Source of the DNA: Macrostomum lignano | Lineage: Eukaryota | Length of the DNA: 64,000 bases | Direction: 5' to 3' | Assembly (NCBI GenBank): GCA_002269645.1 | Contig: NIVC01001900.1 | Location: 124,001-188,000, forward strand | Shown: positions 35,608 to 47,819 of the stretch, one piece after another | How the letters are laid out: every line of letters starts with the position of its first letter | Position numbering within the stretch: position 1 is the stretch's first letter | Notes under the pieces: model-generated | Told to the model about the DNA's origin: nothing | The model's input: only the letters and a program-made list of their open reading frames with translations | Database searches by the model: none | Position numbers and translations under genes: made by a program

Positions 35608-35933
35608 TAATAATAATAATAGTAATAATCGTAATATTATTAATTGATTACACCTGCCCAATTGGGCCAGATGTGCAACCAACAGCTCAGCCGCAGCTAT
35701 TGCGCGGCGCATCTGAGGGCTGCGTACGGCTGTTCAGTCCCAAGGACTGGGGGGTCGCCACACACCCTCAATTACTCCAGCTATCGCTGGCACCCATTTT
35801 ACAGCTGGGTGAACTGAAGCAATGAAGAGTTAAATTTCTTGCTCAAAGACACTAATGTTTCCGAGTAGGTTGAGAATCGAACCCCCACTTTTCAGTTGTA
35901 AGTCCGACGCTCTAACCACTAGGCTACAACCCC
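35608..35933 (-). mobile_element. tRNA-derived SINE with CORE-like central domain
   Basis: Minus strand: A box TAGCCTAGTGG, B box GGTTCGATTC, then TCTTTGAGCAAGAAATTTAACTCTT...CTTCAGTT...CTGTAAAATGGG resembling the MIR CORE domain; (ATT)-rich tail. Confidence 0.6.
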
Positions 35934-36928
35934 AGTAGTCCTGCAAATACTCGAAGTTCCCTTATTGATTTTGTGCTAAAGACACGGCAGTATTCCGATA
36001 TTCATCGATCTCCTCGGAGGTACGGCTGGAATATTAGACCAGAGAGGCTCTTAAAATGCTCAAGGTCTCAGACTCGAAGCCTCGACCTTTACCTTCTCAG
36101 TCCACCACTTCTTGTACAGCTCAGCCAACACCTGTGAAAATCCGCGTTCATCTTCGACTCCAGCAAGAAGGCGTAGCGGCCGTTTGATTCGCGAACTCGC
36201 TGTGGTGCTCGCTTTCACCTGGGCAGCTTTGTGGGGCTGCGGGTTCACGAGTATCTCGACGGTGTTCACGGGAATCTCATGGGTGTTCACTGAGATCTCA
36301 AGGCTCAGGGTGTTCACGGGGAACTTGTGTTGGTCACAGTGATCTCTGCGTGTTCACGAAGATCTCTAGTTCTTTGCGAAGATCTCGGGTTGTCACCGAA
36401 TAGGGCGGCACATGTGAGCACGTAGGGCCACACTTGTGCTCAGCTGGGATCAGGGATTGCAAAACTTCCAGAGACGCAGGTCAGGCAGGCTGAGCAATCA
36501 ATTGATAAGAAGGTCCTGAGTTCGATCCAACTCAGCTCACAGAGCGTGATCAGGTTGCGTAGAGCCAACACTTTGAGTTTGTGCTCAAATTTAAGATAAG
36601 CAGCTGCACAAAGCTTTGAGTCTGTGTGCGGTCGAATCACCTTTATCTGTGTGCAGTGCGGCTTTGCTGGCTGTCTGACTGTCCCGCAGTTTGGTAACCA
36701 TGGCAACTGCTGATAGCGCCGCTGCTGGGCTCAGTATGAATTGTATTAGCAACTGTGGCTCTGTTGAGACCCCAACTTAGAGATTGCAGCAGCCCAGCGC
36801 TTCACTCTGACTTTGCGCAGTTTTAGAAGGTGAGCTGGTTTTTAATATCTGAATTATGTTCTTCTTTATTCCAAATCTCAGCATTTCTGAGCAGGAAATT
36901 TTTGATTATTTGTTCCCTCATGGGCCTT

Positions 36929-37153
36929 GTCTCCCACCTGACCTGAGTCTCCCACCTGACCTGAGTCTCCCACCTGATCTGAGTCTCCCACCTGATCTGA
37001 GTCTCCCACCTGATCTGAGTCTCCCACCTGACCTGAGTCTCCCACCTGACCTGAGTCTCCCACCTGACCTGAGTCTCCCACCTGACCTGAGTCTCCCACC
37101 TGACCTGAGTCTCCCACCTGACCTGAGTCTCCCAACTGACCTGAGTCTCCCAC
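36929..37153. repeat. 18-bp minisatellite (cctgacctgagtctccca), about 12 copies, in the predicted 5'-UTR intron of G5 (36830-37161)
   Basis: Same unit and context as 24389-26120. Confidence 0.92.
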
Positions 37154-38519
37154 CCTGTCAGTTATTCAATCACCACTCAAGATGAGCCGCAAAAGCTCCA
37201 GCGACAGCTTGAGTTCGGACGCGCCTCCCGCTTCCCCAACTCCTCTCTGCATCATCTGCGACCAAGCTGCAGTCGGTGTGGCTCCGTTCTCCCGCTGCCA
37301 CATGTGCAGTCAACACCTCAGTGTCGATGTGGCCAATCTATTCAAGCTCAAGGAGCAGGTCGAAGAGCTGCTGCGTGCCTACTCAAAAGACTCACAAGAA
37401 TCACAAGAGTCACAAGGCGCAGCAGGTGCAGCTGGCCGTGCAGCGCTGCTGCGACACAGACAAGACGCTGAGTCGCTGCGTCGTCTCGCTCTCGACATCC
37501 AACAGCAGCTGCAAGAGGTCAATCACAAATTCGATTTGGTACAGCAACACATCGACTCGTTTCGTAGCAGGGTGACGGGCCAGCTCTCAGGTGTACTTGA
37601 GGCAGTGCGTGTGTGCGAGCGGGACCTCGAGGACGTCTCCAGCTACAAGCAGGAGGTGGCCACGGCGGAGGCTGCAGGCGACATGGCGGAGCTGCTTCGC
37701 CTTGTCCAGTCCATGCACGAATCGCTTGGAGACTTGGAGGCCGACTTTGAGAGGTCAGAGCACCTGCTCAGAGACAAGAGCGACAATGAGGAGGTGCAGC
37801 TGCGGCTTCTGGGCCAGCTCGAGCGGCTGGTCGGCATTTGTGCGGGACGCAGTGAAGAGGGCGACTGGTCGAGAGACGCTGCGGTGACCGCGACATCCGA
37901 CGAGATAGAAGCCGCTGAGAGAGAGAGACTGCTGTTCGATCCGATGGTCTTCAGTCACGAGGTGAAGCTGGATTATGATGTTACATGGCTGATGGCTGAC
38001 TGTGTGCAGCGACACCAGGGGATTCGTTGGTGACCGCTCAGGCCGTGTGGTTCGCATCGACTCAGCGAGAGACGGCAGCGAGGCTCTGCCTCAGCCCTGC
38101 ATCCTGACATCATACTTTTCCGACAGAGACCATCTACTGGTGCTGTCTGTGGATGGCTCACAGAAGCTGCGGTGCCACTGCGACATCGACTGGAAGAATG
38201 ACATCCGTGGCCTTCACTGCGACCATCAGCTGCTGTTCATTGCTCAGCGTGACACAGTGACAGTGACGGACCTGAGCGGTCGCCCAGTGCGTCGAATTCG
38301 CGCACACATCGAGGGCTTCGGTGACATCAGTGGAATCGGCGGCAACGCAGCCTCCGTGTTTGTGTCCAGTGGAAACAAAATTGCTGCATTCAGCAAAGCG
38401 ACTTGGCAGATGGAGACGGTCATCACGCTGTCTCAGTTTCCTCATGCTGCACTGGGTAACCTGACGAGTCATAACAACTGCATTCTGGTGACAGACTGGA
38501 GGCACAATCAGGTGCACAG

Positions 38520-39414
38520 TCCGGCTCGGGGGCCGGCAACTCCCGCGGCCGGGGGTCCGAAAATCCCCCAACCCTCCAGCTCGGAGGTATTTCTCTCCGC
38601 GAACCCCGCGGTTACTACCCTAAGTGGGGCTAATTCGACTCCCACTGGTGGAGATTCTGGTGGTGACACAACCACGTACCGCGACAGCGAGGCTAACGCG
38701 GCTCCCAGCACTGTCCGCAAGAGGCAGCAGCCTGAGGACCGCACGCTTACCCCCCAGGACCCGAAGCGCTCTAAGGGCAGGGGGACAGCCGGCTCCTATG
38801 CCAAGGTGGCTGCTGAGCCCCTCCATAAAATCTGCGTCCGTGCGGCCAGCGGGACGCTGAGTGACGCCCAGATGGAAGGTGCTGTTGCCCTCGTTGACGA
38901 CTTCCTCTGGGATAACGACCATCTCGGTGTTGAGGTCGAGTCGGTCAGATTCGCCAACGGCAATCTCATCCTCGCTTTCAAAAGTGAGGTCCATCTGAGC
39001 ACTGCCTTAGCCAACCTGCCCAGCATCGACTGGAGTACCTCCACGGCACAGCTCCCGGAGCTGGTCGTTGAGAAGGCCCGTCCTCCGCCTCCATGTAAGA
39101 GGTATAGGGCCTTCTATTCCGGGCACAGGACGATCGAGGAGATCCGTGGTCGTCTTGTCGCCAAGCACCCCGAGTTGCCTGCGGACGGCCTCCGGGCCTA
39201 CAAGGAGGTGCCGGCCAAGGACGGCAACGGGAAGACCCTCTACATGGGCCTCTCCGCTGACTGGGAGCGCCACATGCAAGGCAAAGACCACGCCGCCTAC
39301 GTTGGGGCATGGAAGTTAGTCTTCCACCTCATCCCTAGGAGGAAACGCAACGCCGGCGGTGATCAGCGCCGAGACGATCCCGAGAGCCCGGATAGCTCTG
39401 AGGGCGAGACTTAA
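38520..39414 (+). CDS. LINE ORF1 (5' end missing)
   Basis: KRQQP...PKRSK...SYAKVA motif typical of LOA/R1-group ORF1; open from the first base of the element. Confidence 0.7.
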
Positions 39415-39431
39415 GCTGTTCTCGACCCGCC

Positions 39432-42400
39432 ATGCCCAGATCTTCAATGATGAGGCGTGACCGTCTGAGGACCAACCCGGCGGGTGGGTCCAATGATGAT
39501 TTAACCACACTCACGCAAAACAGTGATCCTAACCTGCACATCGTGCAGATTAATCTGCACCACGCGGTCGCAGCCTCCAGCAGCCTCACCGACACCCTCG
39601 ATGGCACCGGTGTTGACATCTACCTCATCCAGGAGCCCTACACCGTGAGAGGTAAGCCCACCCTGCTGCCGAAAGGCTACCAGATCCTCTTCCTCTCTGG
39701 AGGGGAAACCCCTAGGGCCATTGCTCTGGTCAAGTACGAGCTCGCAGCCATGCTCATGCCGATGTTTTGCAATAAAGACATCTGTACCTTCACCGTGAAC
39801 GGGATGATTTTCTCATCCGTGTACATGGACATTCAGGATGAACTTCCGTCACCCCTCCTGCAGGATCTCGCAAACCATTGTATCATCGAGAACCGGAACC
39901 TCATTAATGGTTGCGACGCTAATGCTCACAACACTGCGTGGGCTAGCAGTAACACTAACCTCAGAGGTAGTATGCTTATTGATTTCATTAACACCTCGAA
40001 TTTGCATATTTGCAACTTGGGGCGTAAACCCACCTTTGCGAATGCTAGCAGGAAAGAGGTCATTGATCTCACCCTTGCGTCCAGTAGCATCCTTAATCGG
40101 ATTCAAAATTGGAGGGTCAGGGACGACATCCCCTCGCTCTCGGACCATTTCTACATCCATTTCAGCGTCACAGCTGGCGGCGCTCGCGTCACCAAGGCGA
40201 ACCGTCCCAATTTAAAAAGGGCGGACTGGACTGGCTTCAGAAGGGACCTTGAGTCTCTGATCAGCAGCGAACCGGCCGATGACCTGGAAGGCTGCGATGA
40301 TATTCCGAGCATTGAAGCACGCTGCAACAAACTTGTCGAGCTGCTTAATGCGGCCACGATCAAGAACGCTCCTCCGATTGTCAGTAGAAAGAAGTACTCA
40401 CCTTGGTGGAACAAGGAGCTCACCCGCTTAAAAAAGGCCTCCCGTCGGTTGCATCGGATTGCCAACCGGAACAACACCCCAGAAGACTGGGAGAACTACC
40501 ACTCTGCTTTGAGAATCTACAAGAGTTGCATCCGGAAGGCCAAAAAGGACACCTGGAAGGCCTTCTGCGCCGGTTTAGAGGGCCAGCATCCTACTGCCCG
40601 GCTGGTCATGTGCCTCAGGCATGACAACCTCGCCCAGTGTAACTCCCTCCTCCATTTCGATGGCAACTATTCCAGAACCGCCGAGGAATCCCTCAATCTG
40701 CTTTTCTCAGCTTGTTTCCCCACATGCGAGCATCCTGAGCAAATCGTTGCTGATCACAACCCAAGAGATCGACAGCTTTTCGAGCAGTGCGCCACCAAGA
40801 ACTTAATTCAGCTGGCCGCCAACACTTTTAAGCCGTTCAAAGCCCCCGGCATAGACAATATCGCCCCCTGTGTTCTCCAGGAAGCGGTTAAGCTGCAGAG
40901 CTTCTCTGCCTTTTTCTCTAAGCTCATCACCGACTGTTTCACCACTGGGTACATTCCCACTATCTGGAGGACCGCTCGGGTGGTCTTCATCCCCAAGCCT
41001 GCCAAAGCCGACTATACTAATGTGAAATCTTTCCGCCCCATCAGCCTTACATCCTTCTGCATTAAGCTGATGGAGAGACTCATCTTGTGGAGGCTGCGCG
41101 ACTGCGAGTTAAGGACGGCACCCATAAGTAAGCACCAATTCGCCTTCCAGCCAGGTAAAACCACCGAGCACGCTTTGCATGTTATTACCTCAGCCATTGA
41201 GAAAGCTATCCTGAGTAAGCAGATTGTCTGTGGGCTTTTCTGCGATATCGATGGGGCCTTCAATAACGTTTTGTTTGGCTCCTTCAGTGACTCCCTTTTG
41301 CAGAAAAAGGTCCGACCCAGCATTGTGCGTTGGATCGACTTTATGATCCGGAACAGGAAGGTGACTTCCTCCCTCATGGATGCCACCTGCACTCACACGG
41401 TTACTAAGAGCGGAGCCCAAGGTGGAGTGCTCACCCCGCTGCTCTGGAATCTCGTGATGGACGAGCTCCTGACGGCTGACGTCCCCAGCAGCATAGTCAA
41501 GGCTGGCTACGCTGATGATGTCGCTGCTATTGTCAGTGGCCCTGACACCAGTACCCTCCGAAGCTTAATGCAGCAGTTCGCCGATAAGGCGCAAGCCTGG
41601 GCTACCCGGCACGGCCTAACCATTAGCACCGCTAAGACGGTGTCCATTATCTTCACCAGGAAGCGGAAGTGGAGCATGCGGAACCTCACCATCTACGGTA
41701 AGGACATACCCTTAGTCAAGGAAACTAAGTATCTAGGTGTGACGCTCACCCACGATCTGCGTTGGACCAAGCACGCTGACAATGTCATCGGGCGCGCCAG
41801 GCGCTGCTTTGCGCAGGTGAGGAGAGCCATCGGGCCTACTTGGGGTCTTTCTCCCAAGACGGTCAGATGGATTTACACCGGCATCGTTCGGCCCAGTATC
41901 ACCTACGCGTGTGTTATCTGGTCCAGTGCGTTGGAGTTGAAGACTGTACGGGACCGGTTGTACCAGCTGCAGGGTAACATCTGCCGAGCCATCACCGGTG
42001 GGTATCCATCCACCCCTTACGAGGGGCTCAACACCATCCTCAGCATGCCTCCGCTGCATTTGTTCATTAGAGCTGAGGCGATGAAGGGCGCCGCGCGTCT
42101 CATCTGTGATAAATTTATTGCTAACACGCCCTCGGGCTTCATGCCTGAGAAGACTCTTTTCCCACATCTGGACTATATCCGTCGCGATCTTCAACGCATC
42201 CACCTCAATTTAGACGAGGTGGACTGCAGATCCCCACTCTCATCCTCAGGAGGGGCTTCAAGTGTACTCTTCCACCGAGAGGGAGTCACCCGCTGGACGT
42301 GGGCATCAACCGGAGAAGCCAGGGTATTCACTGCTTCACTGACGGATCCCTGCGTGACGGTCTCGCTGGTGCGGGCATTGCCATTTTCCACAAGGGTGAA

Positions 42401-43225
42401 GCGATCTTACAAGAGAGTCTTCATCTTGGTGAGAATGTCTCGGTTTTTCAATCCGAAGTTGTAGCTATCAACCAGTGCGCTGAGCATTTGCACAAAGCTG
42501 GCATCAGCAGCTTTGACATTTATTTTTACTCTGACAGGCAGGCCGCTATTAAGGCCTTGTCTTCTATCAAGCTCTCAACCAAGTCAGTCTCAGACTGCCT
42601 CAAAAGCTTGCAGACCCTAGCGATTCTCAACAGGATCAATGTTATCTGGACACCAGGCCATAGCAACATCCTCGGCAACGAGCTTGTGGATCAGCTTGCC
42701 AAGCGGGGTTGCACCCCTGATGGAGCGCAACGCTCAGTCAAGTTACCTTCTCCGAAGTCATCAATCAACCGCGCCATTCAAGATTGGCTGAACCGCCAGC
42801 ATCAGACTCACTGGGACAGCTGCTCCGAATACCGGCAAGCACGAAAGGCTATGCCTGCCATTAACCGGAAAGTATCCGAATATCTAATCTCCTTAAGTAA
42901 AACTGACCTGAGGGAGATGTGCATGGGCATTACTGGCCATGGCTTCTTCCAGAGACATATTTTACTGCTAATTGGCTGCTCCCCTATCTGCCCATTATGT
43001 GATTTAGAGGAGGAAACCTCGACGCACCACGTCACTTTCTGCCCGCACTTCAACGAGGCGCGGAGGCGTCACCTCGGTCACCCGCTAAGGCTTGACAAGC
43101 TCACCACTCCGGACCGTATCCGTGATCTACGTGCATTCGTTCGGGATTCTGGGCGGATGAAAATCGCAGACGCCACTCTCGCGAGCTCTTCTGCCGGCGA
43201 GGGGTGGGCGCAGCCCCAAGGCTAA
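39432..43225 (+). pseudogene. pol: LINE ORF2: APE endonuclease-RT-RNase H-Zn finger, one frameshift near 42200-42300
   Basis: QINLHH, LIQEPY, GCDANAH, SDH (APE); KAPGID, FRPISL, DIDGAFNNV, QGGVLTP, YADD (RT); TDGS, SEVVAI, YSD, PGH..GNELVD (RNase H); CPLC...HH...CPH. Confidence 0.92.
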
Positions 43226-44998
43226 CGCCTTTCTGTTTCTGTTTAGCTTGGGGTTGCGATAGGGGCCTCGCGGCCTGTTCGCGGCGCTCTGCCCCCCGTC
43301 GGTAGTAAGTAAGTAAGTATCAGGTGCACAGAGTGCGCATCGACACCCAGCAGCTGGTCGCCTCCTTCCAGACTCAGCGTTCCGGCCTCCAACAGTTTGC
43401 TGGTCCAGTAGATGTGGCCGTCGACAGCAGAGGCCGCCTGTTCGTGAGTGAATATTTGGGTCACTCAGTGCGAGCGGTGGCTGCAGACGACGAGTCGCTG
43501 CTGTGGACTCTGGGGACTCCGGGCGAGAGCGGCAGCGGAGACGGCAGATTCGAGTATCTATCGAGTCTGGCGGTGGTGACAGGAGGTCCGCGCGAGCAGC
43601 TGGTGGTGGCTGACCTTTTCAACAGCAGACTGCAGGTGTTCAGTGCACCCTAATTTTATTCACAGGCCCAATAATAATAGAACTGTGGGGTGTCTGGAGT
43701 TGATTGATTTATTGGAGGCTGGGTTTTTGTTAGATTTTTTCCCATTGTATTATGCAATTTCTTACATTTGATGACGTTCTTTGTCTGATAATTGTTTATC
43801 AAGTCGAGTACATTCAAAATTGATATTTATTGAATAGAAGCACATTAAACATTATGCATGCATTGAGTATAATTAAACTAAACTTACGCGTTGGCCCTAA
43901 AAAATTCTATCATTGTTTTTTTCTAGAAGTTTCAGCACCATAAATTGGGTTTTGACTGTTGAATTGAATGTCAGCAAATCCTGTGCAATGTCTCCTGGAA
44001 ATTTTCCATCACTCTGTGCTCAATCAAACTCCAGTTTTTGGCTCTCGAACAGTTCATTCATTTCTATCAGTCGCTCGCTTCTGCGGTTTTCTCCAAACTG
44101 CCCCTCAGTTTGCACTCAGACTTACTTGTTTTCAAATGCTTTATCCATTTTTCTTTGATATTTATGCAGCCTCCGCGTCACCTTTTCTGTGTCAGAACTG
44201 ACGTAAAATCTGATTTAATTTCTCTTTTAACTGCCTCACCTGAATTCATAATGCTATCCAGCTATGAGTTCATTGCCAGCCAATGAAAATGCTCAAACAA
44301 GCAGAAGCTGAAGATGAGACCCCTGCATGTTCACCCAATAGGAATCAGCAAGGTGCAATGGAAATCTCCCAATGCGAGAGGCTGAAAGATGCTGTAAAAC
44401 CGCTGGTTAGACCAAGCAGGAAGCGCAGCCCTCTCTCCCTCGCACCTGCACTAAATATTCTCCGACCTGAGCAGACAGTCTCAGCCGAACTACTCAGAGT
44501 GAGCAGATTAACCCAGCTGATCCTAGCAAAGCACTCCCTCTCCTCCACACATCAGATCGAACTGCTGGTTCGCCCTGACAGCGGAACCTCAGAGCGAGCA
44601 CAAAATATTCGGAAACTCCTGACTTGGTGTGGCTGATCTTGCACTGCACTCTCTGATGTAAGCCAGCATCACTGCGGTGACAGCATCAAATACAGCAGAC
44701 TGCGAGTCTCCCTTGTGACTGCATTATCAAGAAAAGTCGGTTGAATTTCCGACTCAGTGATTTGGCTCTGACACTCGGAATGGAAATGACAGACAGCCAC
44801 TGTAGTGAGGTGAGAGTCCCTGATGCCAAGGTATTGAAATATTTCACTCGCGGCAGACTCCGCGTCGCTTCTGTGTTGCATTTTCCTCAATGGGTCACTG
44901 CTGTGTTTTAATGTGCATGAGCACAGGTACTTTTAGCTGGGAAATTATAGTTAAAATATGAGTGCTTTGGAAAGTTGAAATTAATGGCACAACTGAGG

Positions 44999-45211
44999 TT
45001 TCAGTGACTGGGTTTCAGTGACTGGGTTTCAGTGACTGGGTGTCAGTGACTGGGTTTCGGTGACTGGGTTTCAGTGACTGGATTTCAGTGACTGGGTTTC
45101 AGTGACTGGGTTTCAGTGACTGGGTTTCAGTGACTGGATTTCAGTGACTGGGTTTCAGTGACTGGATTTCAGTGACTGGGTTTCAGTGACTGGGTTTCAT
45201 TGACTGGGTTT
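44999..45211. repeat. 14-bp minisatellite (ttcagtgactgggt), about 15 copies
   Basis: Visible periodicity. Confidence 0.9.
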
Positions 45212-46837
45212 TATAACCCAGGTTACTCAAAGAAGAGAGGGGAGATCACGGGGATCTGAGTCTTCCAGATGATGATGAAATGGTTGATTCTTAAGCGAGC
45301 TCAATTCTCAAGAAAGATATCGGATGTGGCTCTGGCATGGAGGTCAGGGGTGAGTCCAACCCAGGCCAGTTTGAAAGAAATGGATGAAATTCTGCTACGG
45401 CGTGACGCGCGAACAACGTGCGGCCTTGACCCGTCCTTCACCAGAGTCGCCAGGCCAGCAAATGACGTCACCTGTCTAGCAGCGCTGTGATTGACTTGGA
45501 AAATGGGGAGGGGTTACGCAACAAGTCACGTGACAAATTCAATTGATGAGAACAGATTACGGAGATCGGGGCAATAAATGCTGATTCAGAACAAAATAAC
45601 GGAGGTTGGGGTGGGCGAAAGCGGAGGGGTGGGTGTAAGCGGTGACTCACTGGGGATTCCAGAGCCGGGATCATGCAAGACCACGTGTACAATTGGGGAC
45701 TCTTTAACATTGCAAATTAGTGAGTGGCTGCCGAAAGCCGCTGCTGCATCACCAGCTAAGAAACTTCAACTGACTCCATGCTGCATAGCGACTGCGGTCA
45801 GACATGCTAACCAAACATGAAAACAGACACGTTGATTGAATTGTGAGAGCGGTGGCGTACACAGCATTTTTCATTGGTTGGGACGCCGAATGTATTTTGT
45901 AGGAAGCTGGATTTTTTTAAGAAATGCATCGCAGTGCATTCAGTTCTCAGCTCTCGAGTATTTTCTCCATTGACTTTGTCTATGGCGAAACCCCATTCAT
46001 TGGACAGAAAAAAACCGCAGCAGGTGACGGAAAAGTGCTCAAAGACAGCTCAGAGCAACTCACTGCAGGATTTTATTTTTCAAACGAGTAAAGAGCAGGC
46101 GCTCCTTCGGTGCCGTGTCTGCTGCCTGCTGCTCTCCGCAATTTTTTTTCCTTATTGAGTGATGCAGAATGGAGACCTGAAACTGCATGATTGAAATAAG
46201 TGAAATATGCCTGAGTGACAGATGAGCATTGGAGTATCAGGCACACGAAAATTCTTGCAGCTGCCTTTGTTGGTATTTAATAATATAAAATTCATTGTTT
46301 AGCTTTAATGCCACGCATTGTTTATGGCCTATGTGAGATTGTTAAATGATATGGCAGAGACTTATTGCATTTGATTTGCCCAATTGTTTTCAATGAGGAT
46401 GAATGGCTTTGTTGATATATTATTATAATTAAAATACGATTTGAATCAGCAATAGACAAAAGCATCCATGATTCATACATATTTTGCACTAATTGAAAGT
46501 AATGGGACAAAAATATGCATGAATAATCCATGCTTGTGTGTGTGTACAAGCACATTGATGAATCATGCATGACCATGCAGACTACATGTATAAAGCATAC
46601 ATGATTTTTAAAACACACGGATAGCACATGCATACCCATGCATGTAACATGCATGAATCATGTGTGTAACATGCATGAATCATGTATGATCATCGATGAA
46701 ACATGCATGTTTTTTGCCTAGGGATCATGCATGATTTATCCATGATCGAAGGCTTAGGGTGGGCACAAGGCACTGCACTGCTGCATGCACCTGTAAGCGC
46801 GATACAGTTATAAACTGTTCCGCAGCTGCAAGTCTCA

Positions 46838-47640
46838 GCTGCTCAAATTGCTGCTCAAACTAATGCTCAAACTGCTGCTAAATTGCTGCTCAAACTGCTG
46901 CTCAAATTGCTGCTCAAACTGCTGCTAAATTGCTGCTCAAACTGCTGCTCAAACTGCTGCTCAAACTACTGCTCAAACTAATGCTCAAACTGCTGCTAAA
47001 TTGCTGCTCAAACTGCTGCTCAAACTGCTGCTCAAACTAATGCTCAAACTGCTGCTAAATTGCTGCTCAAACTGCTGCTCAAATTGCTGCTCAAACTGCT
47101 GCTAAATTGCTGCTCAAACTGCTGCTCAAACTGCTGCTCAAACTACTGCTCAAACTAATGCTCAAACTGCTGCTCAAACTGCTGCTAAATTGCTGCTCAA
47201 ACTGCTGCTCAAACTGCTGCTCAAACTGCTGCTCAAACTGCTGCTCAAACTAATGCTCAAACTGCTGCTAAATTGCTGCTCAAACTGCTGCTAAATTGCT
47301 GCTCAAACTGCTGCTCAAACTGCTGCTCAAACTGCTGCTCAAACTAATGCTCAAACTGCTGCTAAATTGCTGCTCAAACTGCTGCTAAATTGCTGCTCAA
47401 ACTGCTGCTCAAACTGCTGCTCAAACTGCTGCTCAAACTAATGCTCAAACTGCTGCTAAATTGCTGCTCAAATTGCTGCTCAAACGACTGCTCAAACTGC
47501 TGCTAAAACTGCTGCTCAAACTGCTGCTAAAACTGCTGCTCAAACTGCTGCTCAAACTGCTGCTCCTCTCCTGAGCACATCTCTCCTGAGCACATCTCTC
47601 CTGAACACATCTCTTCTGAGCACATTTCTCTTAGACACAT
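46838..47640. repeat. 12-bp repeat (ctgctgctcaaa and variants, about 60 units) followed by about 5 x 15-bp (ctcctgagcacatct)
   Basis: Expanded counterpart of 14389-14570. Confidence 0.9.
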
Positions 47641-47819
47641 CTCTCAGCCTTCTCATCCCTGCTCTTCTCCCTCTCTACTCCTCTCTTCTCAACTTTTGAG
47701 TCATTTCAGTTTGCATAATAAAATAATTTCTTAATGCATTGCTTCTTACTTCATCTGCATTTCAGCCTCTCCAGACAACAAGTATTTTATTCTATTTTAA
47801 GATACACTTGGCTATTAAA

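Larger units (their letters stand above)
38520..43318 (+). mobile_element. LOA/R1-group non-LTR retrotransposon with RNase H, probably 5'-truncated
   Basis: 13-bp TSD ATCAGGTGCACAG (38507-38519, 43319-43331); (TAAG)n tail; ORF1 and ORF2 present. Confidence 0.93.
37182..43653 (+). pseudogene. G5: TRIM-NHL-like paralogue, frameshifted and split by a LINE (coding parts 37182-38519 and 43332-43653)
   Basis: 7-bp tandem duplication (atggctg) at about 37984-37997; LINE inserted at HNQVH|RVRID; the 3' part resumes exactly after the TSD. Confidence 0.92.

Noticed and set aside
35872-35933. Functional tRNA gene
   Set aside because: A and B boxes are present but the acceptor and anticodon stems are imperfect, and it continues into a SINE body.
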